A stretch of 61,870 bases of DNA, counting the filler, from Dimargaris cristalligena (taxonomy: Eukaryota): NCBI GenBank assembly GCA_003614675.1. It is 21 parts of 21 records of this genome, joined end to end, with 100 filler letters (N's around TTAATTAATTAA, not from the genome) between each part and the next. Parts side by side here need not be neighbours in the genome. Positions count along the whole stretch, not along the records: positions 23,758 to 26,625 come from ML004092.1; positions 26,726 to 29,482 come from ML004093.1; positions 29,583 to 32,440 come from ML004094.1; positions 32,541 to 35,397 come from ML004095.1; positions 35,498 to 38,349 come from ML004096.1; 16 more parts are not named here. One strand, written 5' to 3'. Of this stretch, positions 23,913 through 36,758 are shown piece by piece. How positions within the stretch are numbered: position 1 is the stretch's first letter; each line of letters opens with the position of its first letter. A program made the position numbers and the translations under genes. The notes under the pieces are model-generated. The model was not told the DNA's origin, ran no database searches, and was given only the letters and a program-made list of their open reading frames with translations.

Positions 23913-24338
23913 TACGACCATAAGCGGATCTCCTATCTTTCCAAGCGTCTCATCGACGGCATTACCTCCCAATTAGATCACGTTGTTCGGAATGGTGACG
24001 CAGTACACACCTACCCGGGCTGCGTCAACCTGTCGTTCGCCTATGTGGAGGGGGAATCCCTGCTAATGGCCCTCAAAGATATTGCCCTCTCCTCGGGGAG
24101 TGCCTGTACATCCGCTTCGCTCGAACCCTCCTACGTGCTTCGGGCGCTCGGGGCTGAGGAAGACATGGCCCATAGCTCCATTCGGTTCGGTATCGGGCGG
24201 TTCACCACCGAAAGTGAAATCGATTACGTGGTGGCCAAGGTCGTCACCCACGTTAACCGACTACGGGAAATGAGCCCGCTCTGGGAAATGGTCCAGGAGG
24301 GTATCGACATCAAGAGTATCCAATGGTCCCAGCACTAA
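23913..24338 (+). CDS. NFS1: Mitochondrial cysteine desulfurase, last exon
   Basis: [47 protein letters not shown]...[12 protein letters not shown]...IQWSQH*. CAG acceptor at 23910-23912. Confidence 0.97.
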   Translation, partial: YDHKRISYLSKRLIDGITSQLDHVVRNGDAVHTYPGCVNLSFAYVEGESLLMALKDIALSSGSACTSASLEPSYVLRALGAEEDMAHSSIRFGIGRFTTESEIDYVVAKVVTHVNRLREMSPLWEMVQEGIDIKSIQWSQH

Positions 24339-24905
24339 GTGATGTTATATATATATATATATATATATATACACGAATAGCGCGCTCTCCCAATTATGTG
24401 GAAGTTGGTGGTACTGACTACTATTTGACCAAATAACATTGGCTTATTTTGAATCAATAAGAAAGCAAATAACCTAATCGCGCAGAATCCAATTAGAGCA
24501 GATGAAAGACGCCTTATAGGTTTGCTTTATTATTTATCACGCTTTAATTTATCCTGTATTCTATTACTCTCTTGACTTTTTTAAAATGAAATGACCCACT
24601 CAACAATACTAACAATTTTCATTCGAAATGACCAGGGAGAGCAGCGGTTTAACGGTCGCTATTACACTCATTATATATATCCTGGCTGTATAGATCCGCA
24701 TAAGGATATAGAGGTCGAGACTTGGTTTAAAATGCCATGCTATTTTAACCTATTAGTCGAATCTGAATCAGCGCGTAAGTATCATTCGTAGTCTAGAGGG
24801 GGGGTAGCATGCCTTGAACGGATGTAATAAAAACACAGGGTGTCAATTCTTACAATGTTGTACAGAGAAACCATCCAAGGCAACATCCACCTTTAAGGTG
24901 AAGTT

Positions 24906-26020
24906 CTACATGTCTTCGGTGCTGTAAGCGTAGTCCTTTGCGGCAGAAGCTATCCGACTGTTTTGTCGAAGAAAATATTCCTTTTCGAATCCGTTGGAGC
25001 GATCTAATAATACGGGAATGATCAATGAAATACTAATTGGAATATTGTTAGAACATACAGACGAGGCAAATCCGGATGTAATTCTGGCAGTTTGGTGTCA
25101 TCTGGATATGAGCGATAGGTGGACAAGCAAAAGGCCGGTCCCAAGAAGGCGGGCCTATTAAGGCAGAATAGCAAAATAGTGTTTGCGCCGAATAGCTTAC
25201 CCACACCATCCCACCGGAAGCCCGGTTTGATATTAAATCGATTAGACAGACCGGGTGGTCCTTCGTAGACTGGCCGCCGGGTCTTTTGTTTCCCTTTCTT
25301 GGCCATAAACGCCGCCGCCGGATCGTTCCACCGAGACTGGTCGCGGAGTTCCGCATTATAAGCCTGATCATCTTTGTAGCGGGCCAACGGTAACTGGCTT
25401 TCCTCGGTGAACCGCTGGGCCGCCGCCCGCCGTTCCCGATTTTGCACCACCCCCCGGTTCCATTCCTTTTGCTGTTGTTGGCGTGCGGTCTCCCGCGCCT
25501 GTTTGGCCCGGGCCTCACTTGCGAGTTCGGCCGGGTCCTGGACCCGCCCCGTGCGGGACCGGTAAACTGTGGCGGCCTGTTGGCCCGATTGAACCGGGTC
25601 GAGATTCGCTAGGCGGGTGCGGCGGTCCCGCTCACGTTGGAGAGTATCGGCGCGTAATTGTTCAGCCGTTTGCAAACCGTAGGACCTGGGGGTCGACGTC
25701 TGCTTCGGGGTCGCAGAGGTGGGGGGGGAGGAGGAGGGGGCGGAGACGGAGGTTGCATTGGTGGTGGTAGTAAGTTGGGAAGTGGTGTTTCGGGAACTGG
25801 GTGGGGATCGGGAACGTCGCGAGCGAGAGCGGGACCGGGACCGAGAGCGCTTGCGTCTGCCATCTCTACCGGTTTGGGAACGGCGCTTAGAGTCGCTGGT
25901 TTCCCGCTTAATAAACTGGCGGGCCTTTTGCTGTTCGCGGTAGGCCTGCACCAGTTCGGGGTCGCCGACTATAACCGGCGCGTCGTCCTGGGAATCCCAA
26001 CCGTTGTCGGAAGGGGGCAT
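24906..26020 (-). CDS. BUD13: RES complex splicing factor Bud13/Cwc26 (exons about 26020-25201 and 25003-24906; true start may lie upstream)
   Basis: RS-rich region, TVYR, WNRGVVQ, RWNDPAA, NRFNIKPGFRWDGV|DRSNGFE...YSTEDM*. GTAAGC...TAG intron at 25200-25004. Confidence 0.93.
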
Positions 26021-26726
26021 CTTGTATGTCTTTAAAGGGGGGTATCGAGAGAGGATAGAGTATGGTATAATGGTAATGTGGTGACTAGGAATGGGCGACT
26101 ACAGAAAAAAGAAGGAATCAAACGAATGCCATATTGTATAAAATTGAGTTGTCTTGTTGCTCATGCACAGCTTCATGGGGCCCTACTGTCCTCCACGAAC
26201 GCCTCTCGCCTTTCCTCGTCTATGAAAGGTGTGCCGTGTTCATCCTTCGTTGCCCAAACCTATTATTTCATTCTGTGGGCCGAACCAGCGCCCTGTGGGT
26301 GTCGGGTAGCCATCAAATACGAGTCCCATAGCGGGAAGAATATCGCACTATCGCGGTCCCGTCGTACCAATTATCACACCCCGCCCCAGTGTCACCTGAT
26401 CAAATGCCCCTAATTTCCTTCAAGAAAAAAATTTATCGACTTTTACAGCTAGTCTGTTCAAAGATTTCTACGGGGGAGAGAGGGGGGCTACGGTGGCACC
26501 CCTCTATTTATAAAGGGTGGTCTTCAGGGAACCTAGATACTGCATCGCTTTGGTTTATTTCATTCGTATTATAATTTATTCGTTGTCCACTCCCTCTGAT
26601 ACCTCCGTTCTAGCAGTTTGTTTCGNNNNNNNNNNNNNNNNNNNNNNNNNNNNNNNNNNNNNNNNNNNNTTAATTAATTAANNNNNNNNNNNNNNNNNNN
26701 NNNNNNNNNNNNNNNNNNNNNNNNNT

Positions 26727-27569
26727 GACCTGCTCCCGCAGACCAGCAGCCTGCCGTTGAGTCCTAAGATAAAGGAGGTCCCGGCGCGGCGGTCCACTCG
26801 GCACTCGGCCTCATCCCCGACCCCATCGTCCCCCGCTGCAGTAACGTCCCTCGCAGGCTGGCCCTCCGTTGAACCCTTCCGGGACTTGATTTACGACGCC
26901 ATTATGCTCACCGTCGGTCTACTCATCAACTTAGTCGAGGACTGCGCCCCCAATCGGGTCACCCTGGCCTCGCTGGATCTGGTCACCGGGGAAGTGACGC
27001 CAATCCCTACATCCTCCACAACTCCCCCCCGGCCCCTTGATCCCAGCAATGTAGTCGCCTATTTGGCCCGTCTGTTTGTGCTTATTCGACAGGCCCCCGC
27101 TACCCCCAGTGTGGAAGATAAGGTTCTGGCGGTGTATTTGGCCGTGCTGCTAGGCTGTCTTATGAAGGAAAACCCGGCTAACCAGGCTGCTATCCGACTG
27201 TGGCTCCCCAATGGAGGGTCCCTCCATTCTATCATTGAACTGTTGGAGGAGTTCCACTCGGCCGGGGAGGGCGCCATAGCCGAACACCACGGGTCGTTGG
27301 CTGCCGGAGGCGATGGTCGCGCGGCTTCGCTGCAGCCAGCCTCCCCGGAACAGCGGGTTTCGAAGCCACAGTCGTTCGCGAGTGCCCTCGAAGATCCGAA
27401 CATATCCACCGAAGCTCTGCTGAAACTGCATACCCAAGGGTCGGCGGACTCCGAACTCCTCCCGATACCAACCCCGGAGGCTACAGGGAACGACAGCCAG
27501 GGCCTGTCAGTTCTCCAATCGTTCCAAACCATTATTGATTTACTGTATGATTTAGAAAAGGGCATTTGA
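26727..27569 (+). CDS. WAPL: Cohesin release factor WAPL/Wpl1, C-terminal part
   Basis: GLLINLVE...NR and YLAVLLGCLMKENPANQAAIRLWLP...IIELLEEF correspond to WAPL-domain helices. The frame is open from the contig start. Confidence 0.8.
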   Translation, partial: DLLPQTSSLPLSPKIKEVPARRSTRHSASSPTPSSPAAVTSLAGWPSVEPFRDLIYDAIMLTVGLLINLVEDCAPNRVTLASLDLVTGEVTPIPTSSTTPPRPLDPSNVVAYLARLFVLIRQAPATPSVEDKVLAVYLAVLLGCLMKENPANQAAIRLWLPNGGSLHSIIELLEEFHSAGEGAIAEHHGSLAAGGDGRAASLQPASPEQRVSKPQSFASALEDPNISTEALLKLHTQGSADSELLPIPTPEATGNDSQGLSVLQSFQTIIDLLYDLEKGI

Positions 27570-28410
27570 TTGAATATTTGCCTCACCAAACGTAGTAGTA
27601 CGTGAGGCCGCCTTGGTCATCAATATGGGGCTTTTTTGTGTGCACTAGTCGGCAAGATAGTTTACCGGTGGCCTCTCTATCTCTATTCACATACTCAGCA
27701 GTGTTCCATCTGTGACGTAGAAACCATTGACAGCTCCCAGATGATATGAGATCATGGTATTTTACGGTTATTGGCGAAGTAATGGGTGGTGGATAGAGGA
27801 TTACCAAATGACGATTAAAGGCTTCAGTGGTTTTTGCGGCGAAAGTTCATGGGTGGCTGTTGCCTTATCAGTAGAATAATCTGATCTTCAAGACGCTTAC
27901 AAAGCCCTACCCTAATGGTTTTTATGCCTTCATGAATAAAATACGGACATTCAAACACGATAGTTTTTCGTAAGCCGTACTATATTAATGATGTCTTCCT
28001 TTTGGACGGACTTCTCTTGTTATTAACCAGTCGTATGTGCATTACATTAGGATCCAGGACCGCTCCATCATCCACGTCACACCACCCCCTGGCTCTGATT
28101 TTGATGATAGTCGCACGTTGGTGAGGACTAATTTGGTGTCTAAATATATACCGTTCTGCAACAAAGGGACTCGTCCCAACTTGCGAAATTTACTTTTCAG
28201 TTACATGGTTTCATAGTTGGCGATTCTTACCAGTGGTTTCCCTTTTACTCCTCATTTCCATTTGGCTTAACCGCTTATTCAATCTCCGGTCCCCTAGGGT
28301 TCATATCATACCATTCCCTTGTCACAACTCAATTCCATTTCCATTTCACCAGGCGTCACGAAATAACCCAATTGAGCCCAGGCACGTACACCTTCGTATA
28401 GTTTCCTCCC

Positions 28411-29482
28411 ATGAGTACCGCCGAACCCCCTTGCGACAAGCTCAGTCGGTCACCAGTCCTTGAACCAGCCCCTCGACCCATCGTCGTTGCGGCCCCTTCC
28501 AGACATGCGAATGAGGCCCAGGCCCCGGACCCACGGTCCAGTTCGCCAATGGCCAGCCGTCGCCACCGCCGTCAGTCACCGGCTGCGGGTAAACACGATA
28601 TCCAACTCAGTCCCATCCAGCATGCCTTGAGTGGCGGTGTAGCGGGCGTTGTCTCCCGATTTATCATTGCGCCACTGGATGTCATCAAAATCCATTTACA
28701 GCTCCAAACGGGTGCCCAAACCTACCCCATGTTGTCCCGGTTGTTTCACCGCCGGCCACTGCCAACTCCCCGAAGTACCGGGTCGGCTACGGCGGGGTAT
28801 GAGGGTGTCGCGTCCTTTGTGACGCGGACACTCCGGCAGGAGGGCGTGCGGGGCCTATGGCGCGGCAATCTTTCTGCCGAATATCTTTATCTGTCGTACG
28901 GTGCGATTCAATTCTTGGCCTACAGCCAGTATGAGCGGCTGTTGACCAAGGTTACCCGGGACCGAGTCAAGATACCCGCACAAGCTTCCCCATTTATCGC
29001 TGGGTTTTTGACAGGCGTTACAGCCACGGCTGTCACCTACCCGTTTGATTTGTTACGCACCCGGTTCGCGGCGCAGGATGCTAATAAGGTAACCCTTCAT
29101 ATCACTAACTCATTATAACGGGTATATTGTCATCAGCCTATCCGGTCCTCGTACTATTAGGCTGTCAATTTTAATGGTTGGAATACCCTCCTTCGTTCCC
29201 CAGCCAGCATCCACCAATCGCACTATTCCTGTACATTAACCGATGTCTCTTACGTATCGCGCTATTTTTACCACCCGTATCATCCGTTGACCACTACTAC
29301 GGTTTCTAGGTTTACACCGGCCTCACCAGCGCCATTATTCAAATTTACCGTACAGAAGGTATTGTTGGCTTTTACCGCGGGGTGTGGCCTTCGTTAATCC
29401 AAATCATGCCCTACGTTAGCCTTGTCTTTGGGACATATGACCTACTCAGCCGCAGCTTTGAGGCGTTGCAGCACCAGTCCCC
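28411..29482 (+). CDS. TPC1: Mitochondrial thiamine pyrophosphate carrier (exons 28411-29088, 29310->29482; 3'-truncated)
   Basis: SRFIIAPLDVIKI, GLWRGNLSAEYLYLSYGAIQF, YPFDLLRTRFAAQ and GFYRG...QIMPY. The GT-AG intron at 29089-29309 is in frame. The start codon is uncertain. Confidence 0.9.
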
Positions 29483-29960
29483 NNNNNNNNNNNNNNNNNN
29501 NNNNNNNNNNNNNNNNNNNNNNNNNNTTAATTAATTAANNNNNNNNNNNNNNNNNNNNNNNNNNNNNNNNNNNNNNNNNNNNCGTTGAAAATCTCGATTT
29601 AGCCTCCCACTTTCAAATTAACTTAGATATACTAGAATTTAAAGCAGTTCAATCTGTTAAATAATCGATAGGACTACTCACTAAATGTATCACCAAATGG
29701 GTTTATTTTGTACTGTGGGCTGTTCCACTGTCGCAGGTTATATAATAGTGGCAGTTGGGAAAAGGAGGGGGAGGAGAGAAAAAAGGGAGAGTGGGTGTGG
29801 TATGCGATGTCAAGAGTAGACGCGACAACAACGGACAGCGATTCCCACCTTTCCGTCGCCGGGACACTATAAAAGTCAACAACTATGAAGGAGGGGAGGG
29901 AAACGCCACCGAATCCAACGAAGGCATAGTAAGAGGATGGCTGACAACGACGAGGGACAT

Positions 29961-30674
29961 TTACTCGGCGGCCACGGCAGCGGCAGCGGGGGCAGCAGCT
30001 TCGGCGGGGGCAGCGCGCTCCTGGAAGTCCTGGGAGATGGGGTGAAGGATGGGGGCTTCTTCCTTAGGTTCGAGGATAGTGACCATATCGGGGAGGGGGT
30101 TCTTGGGGCCGAGACGGCCGGTGGGGTCCCAGTCGAGCATGATCTTGACCTTGATACCCAGCACACCCTGGCGCATCTCGACGTGACGGACGGCGAAGTC
30201 AATGTAGTCCTTGGCGGGCTGACCGGAGTGGATCATGAAACCGTCGGAGAACTTCATGGACTTGGCACGAGCGGCGCGGAGCTTACCGGAGACGATTACT
30301 TCGCAACCCTTGGCACCGGACTCCATCACGTAACGGAGGACACCGTAGCAGGCGCGGCGGACGGCGATACCGGCCAGCAGCTTGTATTTGAGGGATTCGC
30401 ACTGGGCGATAGCGCACAGACCGCGGGCATTGACCTTTTCGGCGAACAGCTCGACGGTGTTCTCGGCGAAACCGAAACGCTTCTGGACAATGGAGGTCAA
30501 TTCACGGATGCGACGACCCTTCTCACCCAGCACGTCCTGGGGGTGAGTGGCCCGGATGATAATTTCGGTACGGGCGGGGGTGACACGCACTTCAACACCG
30601 GAGTAACCTTCCTCGCCCAGAGAGCGCTGGAGGAACTCGTTCAGTTCGGCGTAGAACACACCGTCGGCTACGAA
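29961..30674 (-). CDS. RPS3: 40S ribosomal protein uS3, main exon (short first exon not found)
   Basis: [14 protein letters not shown]...[11 protein letters not shown]...[24 protein letters not shown] acceptor at 30678-30675. Confidence 0.98.
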   Translation of the reverse strand, partial: FVADGVFYAELNEFLQRSLGEEGYSGVEVRVTPARTEIIIRATHPQDVLGEKGRRIRELTSIVQKRFGFAENTVELFAEKVNARGLCAIAQCESLKYKLLAGIAVRRACYGVLRYVMESGAKGCEVIVSGKLRAARAKSMKFSDGFMIHSGQPAKDYIDFAVRHVEMRQGVLGIKVKIMLDWDPTGRLGPKNPLPDMVTILEPKEEAPILHPISQDFQERAAPAEAAAPAAAAVAAE

Positions 30675-31829
30675 CTAAGGCGAAAAGGAAGGGAAGGGCA
30701 AAGAATAAGGGTAAACGGGTTTAGTTGAACAATTCGGGTGCCTGGTAGAAGAAGGCTGGAGAGCATTCCAATCTCCCCCATTCGCATTCCGAAAAAGGAT
30801 TCGGGCAGATTCCGAAGATGTCATACGACGCCACATCGCCAATAGGTCAGCCGATGTATCAGTTATCGTCCAATATCCATCCATCCGTCTCGTTTGTATA
30901 ACAATCGGTCAACACACACGGACGGCGTTCAGATAGAGACAGTTCTTCGAGGTATCGCATCGGCACATTATGGCGAATCCCATCGATTGTCGAACATGAC
31001 CATATGGATATCACTGAGGTACAACACGGCATCTGCCTTGCTGGAATCACGGCAGGCGGTTGGCAGATGGGCGATTCAACGCGTGGACGAACAAACGGAC
31101 AGACGGACGGATGGATGGATGGGTACGCGTAGGGTCGATACGGAGGCGGCGGTGCGAGCGGGAGGGCAGGTTGAATAATGAATCGGAGATTCTGGTTATA
31201 AGAGAGGTACGACAGATATTAATTAAACAAGCCAGATCCCCTAGTTGAAGCCCAGGTTTGTCCATTTAGTAGTCCCATTGCGTGACCACAATAGATTGTT
31301 CTTTCGGCTCGGGGTAGACTGAATAAATAAGACGGACTATACTTTAAGTATAACCCCCTCCATCTGGTGGCTTACTTCACATGTCTTGAGCCTGGCATAC
31401 CCATCGCGGTATTCCCTAACCTTCCCACTGGCTGGTTGGATACTCCTATTTCGAACGAGTTTAAGTCATCAGCCCAAGCCCTAGCATATGGTTAGCCAGC
31501 CTGGCCTTGGAGAGTTCAGACCATCTTATCTTCAGTTACCAGCAGCATTCAGTTATACTTCTTCCTTTGGGTGTGTCTTTGACCCACCAAAGTCGCCCTG
31601 TCTCTCACCTTCTCTGAATCGGCTGACCTTCAAGTGGAGGGTGTCCCTCCGTACCGCGGCGGTTCCCCCGACATCACTTCCCATCGTCTCTCACCATTGA
31701 CTTAGTCCTACTTATCATATACTTACCGTTCTTATTCCAACACACACACATATATATCTACACAACCTATCGTGCCTTTTTTGGACTCCGCCCTTGGCAT
31801 AGATATAAACACCTCATTTCATCGTGACT

Positions 31830-32440
31830 ATGTTCGAAAAGACCCTCACCGACCTTATCAGGGGCATCCGGGCCAATAAGCGCAACGAGCATCTCTACAT
31901 CAACACCTGCCTCGACGAAATTCGCACCGAGCTCAAGTCCAATGACCTCTACATCAAATACCTGGCGGTGGCCAAACTGAGCTACCTGCACATGCTCGGT
32001 TACGATTGTTCGTGGGCGGCCTTCCATATCGTCGAAGTCATGGCGGCTCCTAAATTCATGTACAAGCGTTGCGGCTACTTGGCCGCCACCCAGTGTTTCC
32101 AGCAGGATACGGAGGTGCTGATGCTGTGCACCAACCTGTTGCGTAAGGATTTGACGTCCAACACACCGGCGGAGGTGGGGGTGGCCTTGGATGGGTTGGC
32201 CCATATTGCCTCCCCCGATTTGGCCCGGGATCTGAGCCAGGATACCCTGAACTTGCTCCACCACTCCAATCCTTACATCATCAAGCGGGCCACCCTGACC
32301 CTGTACAAGGTCATTCTGAAATACCCCGAGGCGCTCAAGGTGTGTTTCCCGCTGCTCAAAGATCACCTGGAACACCCGGATCCGTCCGTCGTGTCGGCCG
32401 TGGTCAACGTGGTTTGCGAATTGGCGCGGAAGAACCCATA
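31830..32440 (+). CDS. APL5: AP-3 complex delta subunit, N-terminal part
   Basis: MFEKTLTDLIRGIRAN...KLSYLHMLGYD.SWAAFHIVEVM...DPSVVSAVVNVVCELARKNP. Confidence 0.95.
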
Positions 32441-32540
32441 NNNNNNNNNNNNNNNNNNNNNNNNNNNNNNNNNNNNNNNNNNNNTTAATTAATTAANNNN
32501 NNNNNNNNNNNNNNNNNNNNNNNNNNNNNNNNNNNNNNNN

Positions 32541-32653
32541 CTCCCCCTTGCTGCCACCTCTTGGAACAGCAAGTCTATCATCACCTTTCCCTTTTATCAC
32601 CTATCTTTTTGAATAAAGTTCAGTTGTCAAGGATTTGAGTTCAGTTCTTTACA
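32541..32653 (+). mobile_element. LTR family B, 3' end
   Basis: Near-identical to 5884-5982 and ends TTTACA. Confidence 0.7.
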
Positions 32654-34557
32654 ACAGGGTAGTGGCTGGGTGAAATAACCTTGACATACAAAACATAAAT
32701 AGTTTTTTAATACTGGTGAGTTATGCCTGTTGTTAGGCCAGTGGTTTGAGGCCCCTCCCTTCCAAAGCTCAGGCTGGGGTTAGACCCCTTGTCCTCCCCG
32801 GGGTTGGCAGGGTCACTGGATGTCAGGTTTGGAGGGCTCAAAGTGCCTGGGTGAAATATAGTGAACTCGGGAAATGGTCCCTTGGCTACTCAAATTGGCT
32901 CGGAGCTGTTATCAGAGGTTGAACTGGGGTATGGTGCAAAATACTCCATGTGGAATGGTCCTAAACTCCGGTCATTGGAGTTAGGTGCTGGAGGAGCCAT
33001 GGTGGCTATGTGCTGAAAATAAGATAATAAAATTTAAGAAAAATGAAAAATTGACTTGGTTGAAGTCTTCGGCTGATACTGCTGGGTAAAATACTGGGTG
33101 AAGTTAAAGTAGATATTTATTCTGAATAATAAAAACTTATCTTGAAGATAACTTGCCATTTTAAGGGCCAACTGGGGACACTATATATATGTAAATTAAT
33201 ACTATGAACTTAGAGTTATATTAATACTTTAGGACATTGTCCTCAGATGGACTAACAACCATAAAACCATGAAGGGAAAACTGGCTGGGTCTTCAAGTTT
33301 GACCACTGTGTAAAAGAGAAAGAAAACATATATGGGAAAATGGAAGACAAAACTGCCTCAGATCCACCAGGGCATTTCTTGAAGGTAGGATATGGAAGAC
33401 TTCGACATTGCTCACTTATTCCAGTGTGAGCACTGTTTACAGCAAAGGCATAATTATGGATCTGGGGTTCACAGGTGTCATGGGGTGGAGTATAACAACT
33501 AGTTAGTCTCATGGAAAGGGAAAATTGTCCTGACCCTTGGCAGTACACCTGTCATTTATATAGCCCTTTAGAAAGTAGGGGTGCATGGTCATATGCAAGG
33601 ACTTGGGAGAGTGGGGCATGTAGGGTGGGAAAATTCCCTGCCACTAAAGAGTACTAGAAAAATGGGGAATAGCAAAGTTTTTAGTTGCCACTAGGATCTA
33701 GGGAACTGAAATGGGGAAATAATACATGAGTAGGATTATCTATTTATTATTTAGAATGGGAAAGCCAAAAGTACATATATAATGGTAAGAGGAATAAGAG
33801 GTAATATTAAATGTGAAATAGTGAAGACAACACCCAAAGGGTAAACACAAGGGATTTAGTTACAAATTCCCATAATGTAAGAAGTCATCAGAAAAAAGGA
33901 GTAGCCAGGGTTTCTACTTGTGAATACACCGGGCCATAGTAGGAATGTATATAAAGTTGGCATTAACTAGAATAGACCCATGTTTATTCCAGTGATAAGG
34001 TGTGCCACACATTGCAATAGTCATTCCATAAAACTATGGGGTGGACAAGGGAGGGCATATATGGCATCTCAGGGACCTTGGTATAGTAAGCCTTATCAAC
34101 CACCAGGAAGAGTTTTCCTGGCTCAGTGTCAGACACTCGACCAGTCTGTACAGAGTCTAGGTGGTCCAACCATGCTGTAATTCCTGCATGGTATTTGTTC
34201 AGAGCTCCCATTGTTGGGACCAGTGCCAACTGTATTTCTTGGGATGAGTCTGTGGAATCCTCTGGTACCCCAACAGTGATGACAGAGAATGAATTGTCAG
34301 CCTCCAATAACGCTGAATGTGTCATAAGATGAGTATAGCATAGGGAGTTGGCATTGGCTTGCCCAGATAGTTGGTCAGTCCCACCCATTTGTGTAGTGTT
34401 GGTTATTTTAGGCTGCCACTCATAGATTAGGTTGGAGGTGGCCTGGTGCTTATTGCTCTAGAGATGGGGAATGGAGAAGGGAGTTATATAAATATATATT
34501 TGAGTGTAAGTTGGACAGCCTGTCAATGTACTTCTTAAGCCATCTGATACAAGTGGT

Positions 34558-35124
34558 TGTCACCCGGGTTAACCACTCTTAGTCTGTCAAGAGTCTCGGG
34601 GATAGGCTTCTAATGGTAGGCTCGGCCAAGCAGGCTACTAGCATTAGGTATGGGGCACAGTACTAACCAATAAAGGTCTAGACAATCGGATTGATGCAAG
34701 GGATATACAGCAGTGCACACTTACTGGTCAGTACAAGAGAGGTGAGTGTATATAGAGTTTATTAGGTAAACTATGGGGGTAAGAATAATCTGAAGAATTG
34801 AACTGGTCCCGAGAGGGCCTGGTTATATATATGTAGGGGTGGGTCATAAGGAGAGGCCCCAAGGTAAGAAGCTACTAACTAAGGTATTGATAGAATAGGT
34901 GCCCGGGTGGCTTCGTATTGGGAAGACTCCTATGGGAACTGGAAGAGGCTTCAGATTACCATACAGAGTGAGTGGTGCAAAGAGCCAGGGGCTGGGGGTT
35001 GTATGATAAATGAGAATCCCATAGTACCGGAGGTGACCATGGGATAGTGGTTATAGTGCAATAAGGCCTAATACGGGTAGGGTAACCATTGGGTCCTGAT
35101 TAAGTCATATTAGGAGGGCCGACA
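34558..35124 (-). mobile_element. LTR family A, complete 567-bp solo LTR
   Basis: TGTC...GACA inverted termini with a perfect 5-bp TSD GTGGT (34553-34557 and 35125-35129). TATA and AATAAA on the minus strand. Confidence 0.93.
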
Positions 35125-36649
35125 GTGGTAAAAATCAGTTCATAATAACTGTGTCTATATTCTAAATGAGCACAGGCCAGTGTGTATGTAACTAGCATGT
35201 GTATTCCGTAAGTCGAATTTAATAGTGGTGTCAAATAGCATGTTTTGATAACCGCGGGTGCAGATGTCCCAATAATCCAGTATAGAGACTTACCTCAGCA
35301 CACTGGAATAGCTGTGGGCCGGGCACATCACCCACTGGATTACTAGAAGAAGGGGCCTCCTGGGGAAGACTAGATGTAAATTGGGCGAGAGCTAGCCNNN
35401 NNNNNNNNNNNNNNNNNNNNNNNNNNNNNNNNNNNNNNNNNTTAATTAATTAANNNNNNNNNNNNNNNNNNNNNNNNNNNNNNNNNNNNNNNNNNNNATA
35501 ACATGGACAATGTCCCATGTCGTGTCCCAAATAGGAAGGGTGAAGCCTTCCGCCCCTCCGTTATGTATATTATAGCTGTAGGTGGGCCAGGAGTTGCTGA
35601 TAATCGCCCTAGTTATATAATTGCAGTAGATTATGTAAAATAAGTCAACGTTAGTAATTTATTTTTTGGATTTGGGCACCCGTGCTGGTTGGGGAAGGGT
35701 ATGGCAAAATCCAACAGTGCAAGGCCCAGTAGCTGTATCACCCTTTCAGGGGTTGAGTAATGCATTGGCATCCCGGACTAGTCTTCGTGCTATACCATTG
35801 TTGCCTTGATCCTTCTGACTAAAACTCCTGCTGCTGGGCTGTAGGTATATTCTGAAGACTCTGCTTATTTGAATAGGAATACCCTCCCCTTTTTTTGGGG
35901 CATTGCTTTACTTACCTTCTAGACCACGGAGTGCTAATGGGATATATGATTAGGCAGCAGTTAGTTGTATAGGTAATGGGTAAAATTCGGCCCACTGTGT
36001 CGTGCTTAATAATCTATAGGATTAAAGCCGACTAACTATGAAGGACTAGGCACCATCATCGCCTAGTTCTATCAATGAGGCGCGGGAATTTGGTCTTGTT
36101 GAAGGATCAGCGTCCTTCAGCCATTCCTGCCACTTGATTCACATATTCCACATATCACCATTATATACCCGTCTATTATTAGTTATCATTTATATTACTA
36201 TCCAGTAGCATCTTCTATGCTGGTTCGACGCCTTTACCATTAGTCTGCTCGGCTATATAAAGCCAAGCCAATTCCTATAGTTATTCTTTAGTTAATTACC
36301 ATTTACTCCATACCCCCTTTATTAGTTAACTCGATCTATTGGATATCTCCTTTATTATTATCTATAAAGCGCCCTTCGCATCAACTGCCTGTGTGTTATC
36401 TCTTGTAAACTTGTCCGAGGCGTAGCCCTTTAATCATTTCTTATATTATAGGCTACGACACACTGTATAAGGTTTCCAAAGAGAGATATACATGAGATAA
36501 TAAGCGGAAAAATCTAATTTCAATCAGGAATATTTGCACCATCTAACGGATTTTTCGTTATACGGGCTAGTAGAATCTCCCCTATATCAACATTTAAAAG
36601 ATAAGGGTATATTGTGCCAGAATAAACATCATTGGATTGGACGATGGTA

Positions 36650-36758
36650 TGTTGGAAATTCATTTCCCCCGTCCCACTGATTCCATCTCTGTGATTGGCC
36701 CGTCCTATACTCGGGACTATATTCTAGCCATTACTATATCATTCTATACCTTGAACTT
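36650..36758 (+). repeat. 109-bp segment duplicated (inverted) at 38450-38558
   Basis: Direct comparison shows a few substitutions, mostly transitions. Identity unknown. Confidence 0.85.

Noticed and set aside
29937-30728. Long antisense ORFs over RPS3 (and likewise over APL5, PNP1, BMT5 and WAPL)
   Set aside because: These are shadow frames expected from GC-rich biased codon usage.
30675-31200. Intronic box C/D snoRNA in the RPS3 intron
   Set aside because: CTGA motifs are present on the minus strand, but I found no convincing box C or terminal stem.
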